From Rhodanobacter sp. (GTDB lineage: Bacteria; Pseudomonadota; Gammaproteobacteria; Xanthomonadales; Rhodanobacteraceae): a stretch of 64,000 nucleotides of DNA. Location: contig JBDTBF010000045.1 of assembly GCA_039924175.1 (NCBI GenBank), positions 52,286-116,285 of the forward strand, read 5' to 3'. A program made the position numbers and the translations under genes. The notes below the pieces were generated by a model. It saw only the letters and a program-made list of their open reading frames with translations, made no database searches and was not told the DNA's origin. Shown here one piece after another: positions 59,676 to 64,000 of this stretch (within the stretch, counting starts at the first letter, position 1; each line of letters opens with the position of its first letter).

Positions 59676-61850
59676 CCCAGTCGAACTGGCTGGCGCGGGA
59701 GCCGAACTAGACGATGCCGGCAGCGGCAGTGGTTCCACCTTGGTCGAATCCTCGGGCCGCCGCTTCAGCTTGCCATCCTTGAACATTTCGCTGGCTACCT
59801 GGTAATAAGCCACGGCGTCGTCGACCAGCGATTCGTTGACCGGATGGATCGGCGTAGCGTCACCGGTGGCGTAATCCGGCTTGACCTGCTCCAGTTTGCG
59901 CTGCGGTTCGAGAATGGTGAGTACGTCGTCGTGTAAATAGCCCAGCTTTTCATAGGTACCCGGGAACGCATGCTCGCGATCGGGTGGTAACTGGAATAAA
60001 TCGTGGCCGAAGAAGCGGGTGCGATAGCTGAAGTTGAGCATGCCGAGCAGGGTCGGAGGGATGTCCAACTGCCCCATCAATCGATGAATACGCTCGGGTT
60101 TGAAGTGTGCCGGTGCGTAGATCCACAACGGGATGTGGTAACGGTTGATCGGCAGGCTGGTCTTGCCCGCGCTGGAGGCATCGTGGTCGGCGGTGATCAC
60201 GAACACCGTGTTATCGAAGTACGACTTAGTCTGCGCGCGCTTGATGAAATCGCCAATGGACCAGTCGGTATAGGCCACCGCACCGGCGCGCGAGTGGTTG
60301 GGAAACTTCACGCGGTTGTCGGGGAAGGTGTAGGGCCGGTGGTTCGACGTGGTCATGATGTGCAGGAAGAACGGCTTGCCCGCGGCATGGATCTGATCCA
60401 TCTGCCCCAGCGCCAGCGTGAACAGGTCCTCGTCGGCTACGCCCCAGACGTTCTGGCCGTGGATGGTCGCCGTCTTGGGGATGTCACGCCGATCGACGTC
60501 GCGATAGCCGTTATTGGCGAAGAAGTAGTTCATGTTGTCGAACTGGCCATAACCGCCATAGACGAAATCTGACTGGTAGCCGCGGTCGTTGAAGATGCTG
60601 GCCAGCGAGAACAGATTTTCGTTGTTGTGCTCGCGAATCAGCGAGTCGCCCGGCGTTGGCGGCACCGACAGCGCCAATGCTTCCAGTCCGCGCACCGTGC
60701 GGGTGCCGTTGGCATAAGCGTTATCGAAAAACACGCTGTGATTGACCAGTCCATCGAGATACGGCGTGAGGTGTTCGGTGTTGCCGAACGTGCCCAGATA
60801 ATCGGCGGACAGGCTCTCGACGCTGATGAGTACCACGTTGAGATGCTGCTCGGGACCCACCCGGCGGATGACCCGTGTGAGGTCGCGCGGATCGTCGTTA
60901 AGGAAGGTCGAGTCCGGTGTCTTCAGCAACTGGCGCAAGCGCGCGTAAGCCTGATCGTCGGGCAGGGTGCGGTAGAACTTGGAGTAGTCCAGATGGCTGC
61001 TGCGGAAGGCGCTGAAGAACTGATAAATGCCGTTGCCAGCCAACTCGTTAACGTAGTTGTTGCCCGTACGGTCTTTCGTGTTGCCGTTGATCGCGGCCAC
61101 GGAAACCACCGACAGAATCAGCCACACCAGCACCACTTTGCCGCGCTGCCACAATCGACTGCCATCGTCGCGCGCACGCAAGCCACGCTTGCCGGCAAAA
61201 AACACCACGAATGCCAGCGCCACCAGTAAGGCCAGCCAGCGACCGATCGGATACGACTCGCGGATATTGCCGATCACCTCGGTGGTGTAGACCAGATAAT
61301 CTACCGCGATGAAATTAAAGCGCACGCTGAACTCGTTCCAGAACACCAGCTCGGACGCGGCGACGAACAACAGCCCGTAGACCAGCAGCAGGCCGAAGGC
61401 ATACAGCACCCACTGTCCGGCGCGCGAGGTATAAGTGAATGCGGCCAGTGGCAGCACGAACAGGAACGGGATGATTGCCGGCCACGTGGTCTTGAGGCTG
61501 GCGTGGTACATCACGTGCAACGTGCCAACGCAAAGCACGCAGGCCAGCACCACACCGACGGCGTAAATCAGCCAGCGCAGCAGCGGTGCCATCCGGCCGG
61601 AGCGCGTTGGCACCAGCCACAGGAACAACACCATCGGCCACGCCACATAAATAAATGTGATCAAGTCGTAGCCAAAACCCACGCCGAACGCGTACAGCAG
61701 GTTGGTGACGGTATGCGTTACCTCGTGCCCGGACATGATCAGCAACACCACGCGGGTGACAAACGAGATGGCGACAAACGTGATCGCCAGCCACATTAGC
61801 GGGCGAAAGCGCTGACGCAGTGGGGAAGCAGGGGTAAGTGCGTTCGACAC
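59652..61850 (-). CDS. LTA synthase family membrane sulfatase/phosphoglycerol transferase
   Basis: Multi-TM N-terminus, NEFSVRFNFIAVDYLVY, ISVESLS, GTRTVRGLE, TTSNHRP, TADH. GTG start at 61850 with a GGAG RBS; 24-bp convergent overlap with the VanZ-like gene. Confidence 0.9.
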   Translation of the reverse strand: MSNALTPASPLRQRFRPLMWLAITFVAISFVTRVVLLIMSGHEVTHTVTNLLYAFGVGFGYDLITFIYVAWPMVLFLWLVPTRSGRMAPLLRWLIYAVGVVLACVLCVGTLHVMYHASLKTTWPAIIPFLFVLPLAAFTYTSRAGQWVLYAFGLLLVYGLLFVAASELVFWNEFSVRFNFIAVDYLVYTTEVIGNIRESYPIGRWLALLVALAFVVFFAGKRGLRARDDGSRLWQRGKVVLVWLILSVVSVAAINGNTKDRTGNNYVNELAGNGIYQFFSAFRSSHLDYSKFYRTLPDDQAYARLRQLLKTPDSTFLNDDPRDLTRVIRRVGPEQHLNVVLISVESLSADYLGTFGNTEHLTPYLDGLVNHSVFFDNAYANGTRTVRGLEALALSVPPTPGDSLIREHNNENLFSLASIFNDRGYQSDFVYGGYGQFDNMNYFFANNGYRDVDRRDIPKTATIHGQNVWGVADEDLFTLALGQMDQIHAAGKPFFLHIMTTSNHRPYTFPDNRVKFPNHSRAGAVAYTDWSIGDFIKRAQTKSYFDNTVFVITADHDASSAGKTSLPINRYHIPLWIYAPAHFKPERIHRLMGQLDIPPTLLGMLNFSYRTRFFGHDLFQLPPDREHAFPGTYEKLGYLHDDVLTILEPQRKLEQVKPDYATGDATPIHPVNESLVDDAVAYYQVASEMFKDGKLKRRPEDSTKVEPLPLPASSSSAPAPASSTGSVPMPAQ

Positions 61851-62066
61851 GGGTAACTCCGACAAGATTGATCAATCAACGCCGAGTATGGCGGTGGTCG
61901 TGCGGGCTTTATACCGCAGACTGGCTTGGTAGACGATTAGCGAGGCAGGCCGTAGTCATTTGCGACGCCCGTTGGCAGCCAAAGTTGGCGCGCACTAGTT
62001 GTCCCTGTTTGTGTCGACGTCTAGCACGGTCATTGGTGGCCTGCGACCCTGATCAGGCTGATTGTT

Positions 62067-62140
62067 GTAGGAGCGCACCCTGTGCGCGATGCTTTTGGTC
62101 GCACACGGATCAAGGCATCGCGCACAGGGTGCGCCCCTTA
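62067..62140. repeat. GTAG REP doublet
   Basis: GTAGGAGCGCACCCTGTGCGCGATGC ... GCATCGCGCACAGGGTGCGCCCCTTA inverted pair. Confidence 0.88.
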
Positions 62141-62196
62141 GGGATGCCCTCGCGAGATGAGCGATCGGGTCACTTCGGCCACTCATTGTGGGCAGC

Positions 62197-63438
62197 TCAG
62201 ATGAGCGGTGCTGCCCGTTGTGCCTTCAGTTCGGCGATCGCGTTGATCCGCGCCGCCTGCATCGCCTTGCCAATCGCCGGCCCTGACAAACCTTGTGTGA
62301 CAAAGGTTGACGCACTAACGGCGGCAGCTACGGCGCAGGCCTCCCGTAAGTAGGCTGCTTGCGGATAATCATCACTTTCGTGCCCCAGTCGTCCGCGCTT
62401 GTCGGCGGTGCAGGCAGCTAGAAAGGTATCCAGCCGGGTCGGTCGGCGCAGTGCATCCAGCGCGCTTAACAGCTTCAGAACGGTGGCCGGCTTCAGCTCG
62501 AAGGCCCGATGCGCGTTCAAGTGCTCGCGACAAACTACTTCGGCTAATGCGGCGTGTTCGGTTGGCACTTTCAGCCGCTCGCACAGTGCGCGCACCGGTG
62601 CGATACCGCGTTGTTCGTGGCTAATGTGGCGCGGCAGTTCGTCCGCTGGCGTTAGCGCCTTACCCAGATCATGCGTCAGCGCGCAGAAGCCGACGAGGTC
62701 GTCGCCGGGCGCAATCTTCGCGGCAGCATCCAGCACCATCTGCACGTGGATGCCGGTATCAATTTCCGGGTGAAACTCCGCGCGTTGTGGCACCTCATAC
62801 AACGCATCCACCTCCGGAAACAAAACGCGCAACGCGCCGGCTTCGCGAAGGACGCGCACGAACGCCGAGGGTTGCGCTTCGCCAAGCGCTTTGCGGGTTT
62901 CCGACCACACGCGCTCTGGCACCAGGTGATCCACCTCGCCGTCGCGCACCATTTGCTGCATCAGCACCATCGTTTCCGCTGCCACCGTAAAACCTAAGGG
63001 CGCGAAACGTGCGGCGAAACGAGCGACGCGCAACACGCGTACCGGATCTTCCACGAAGGCCAGCGACACATGCCGTAAGGTGCGTGTCTTGATGTCGCTG
63101 ACGCCGTCGTACGGATCCGTCAGCGTGCCGTCTTCGTCCTGCGCTATCGCGTTAATGGTCAAGTCACGCCGCGCTAGATCCTGCTCCAGCGTTACCGTCG
63201 GGTCCGCTTGAAACAGGAAGCCGTGATAGCCGTGTCCGTTCTTGCGCTCGGTACGTGCCAGTGCATATTCCTCTGCCGTTTTGGGGTGCAAGAAGACCGG
63301 GAAGTCCTTGCCCACCGGTTTGTAACCCAGCGCCAGCAACTGCTCCGGCGTCGCGCCAACGACCACATAGTCGCGGTCGCCTGGCGGCCGATGCAGCAAG
63401 TTGTCACGGACTGCGCCGCCGACCAAGTAGATATGCAT
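62197..63438 (-). CDS. cca: Multifunctional CCA tRNA nucleotidyltransferase/repair protein
   Basis: [44 protein letters not shown], and HD domain (HPE.D.G.H...HDLGK). Confidence 0.96.
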   Translation of the reverse strand: MHIYLVGGAVRDNLLHRPPGDRDYVVVGATPEQLLALGYKPVGKDFPVFLHPKTAEEYALARTERKNGHGYHGFLFQADPTVTLEQDLARRDLTINAIAQDEDGTLTDPYDGVSDIKTRTLRHVSLAFVEDPVRVLRVARFAARFAPLGFTVAAETMVLMQQMVRDGEVDHLVPERVWSETRKALGEAQPSAFVRVLREAGALRVLFPEVDALYEVPQRAEFHPEIDTGIHVQMVLDAAAKIAPGDDLVGFCALTHDLGKALTPADELPRHISHEQRGIAPVRALCERLKVPTEHAALAEVVCREHLNAHRAFELKPATVLKLLSALDALRRPTRLDTFLAACTADKRGRLGHESDDYPQAAYLREACAVAAAVSASTFVTQGLSGPAIGKAMQAARINAIAELKAQRAAPLI

Positions 63439-63556
63439 GTTCTGATTCTGCCATGCGGATGATCTTGGTGCGCTTGGCGTGATTCGCACAGGCGTGTTGC
63501 TGCCATTGAATTACAAGCCAGCTTGATGTTCGCGCAGGTCGCGCGCCATCTTTTGC

Positions 63557-64000
63557 CTACGCTGGATAGCCGGTGATCTCGCGGATCTTGCGGTACAGCG
63601 GCCGGAGCTGCTGGTACATGCGCAGATACACCTGGGTGTAGAGCTGCTGGTAGATACGTTGAGCGGCCGGATCGGGCTGGAACACTTGGCCGACATGCGT
63701 CATGGCGCGGATCGCGGTAGGGAAGTCCTTGTGCAAGCCCAGTCCGACCGCGCAACAGATGGCCGCGCCGAGGCCAGATGTTTCGTACACCTGCGGGCGC
63801 TCGGCTGGCAGGCCGAAGATGTCGGCGGTCAGTTGCATTGCCGCGTCGCTCTGCGCACCGCCACCGGAAACACGCAGGCGGGTGATGCGCGTACCCGAAC
63901 GGCGCTCGATCTTTTCCTTGCCCTGGCGCAACGCATACGCCAGTCCTTCGAGGATGGCGCGGTAAATGTGTGCGCGTGTATGCACGTCACCGAAGCCAAT
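63557..64000 (-). CDS. FGGY-family carbohydrate kinase, C-terminal part (truncated by the window edge)
   Basis: IGFGDVHTRAHIYRAILEG, VSGGGAQSD, ADIFG, ETSGLGAA; the frame stays open to 64000. Confidence 0.88.
   Translation of the reverse strand: MGFGDVHTRAHIYRAILEGLAYALRQGKEKIERRSGTRITRLRVSGGGAQSDAAMQLTADIFGLPAERPQVYETSGLGAAICCAVGLGLHKDFPTAIRAMTHVGQVFQPDPAAQRIYQQLYTQVYLRMYQQLRPLYRKIREITGYPA

Overview
A GC-rich (about 60% by eye) bacterial chromosomal segment. Its gene content, xps-type T2SS and GTAG-type REPs point to Xanthomonadales, probably Rhodanobacteraceae (inference). From left to right: tatD; a small secreted protein coupled to a PA/PPC zinc metallopeptidase; a 1693-aa trimeric autotransporter adhesin with recent internal duplications; a complete xps-type type II secretion operon (EFGHIJKLMN-D) whose lipoprotein secretin has an extra C-terminal domain; hrpB helicase; M28 and S53 (sedolisin) secreted peptidases; a flavoprotein; glutaminyl cyclase; dbpA; and a folB-folK / pteridine reductase cluster. 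Next is a ~18 kb acetate/short-chain carboxylate locus. It contains a CrbS-type SLC5-STAC hybrid kinase, a CrbR-type regulator and acs, and then, across a divergent promoter with two GAC-N4-GTC boxes, a porin, a complete sugar-family (CUT1) ABC transporter, SatP, a second divergent Acs, a small unknown protein and a third acyl-CoA ligase. The window ends with a PA0069 radical SAM, a TonB-dependent receptor with a Zur-like box, a MidA-type methyltransferase, a VanZ-like protein, an LTA-synthase-family sulfatase, cca and a partial FGGY kinase. The best candidate for an undescribed system is the CrbS/R locus, where a CUT1 ABC transporter, SatP and a second Acs stand in place of the usual ActP/YjcH permease. 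I found no rRNA, tRNA, CRISPR array, transposase or integrase. All family assignments come from motif recognition by eye, not database searches.
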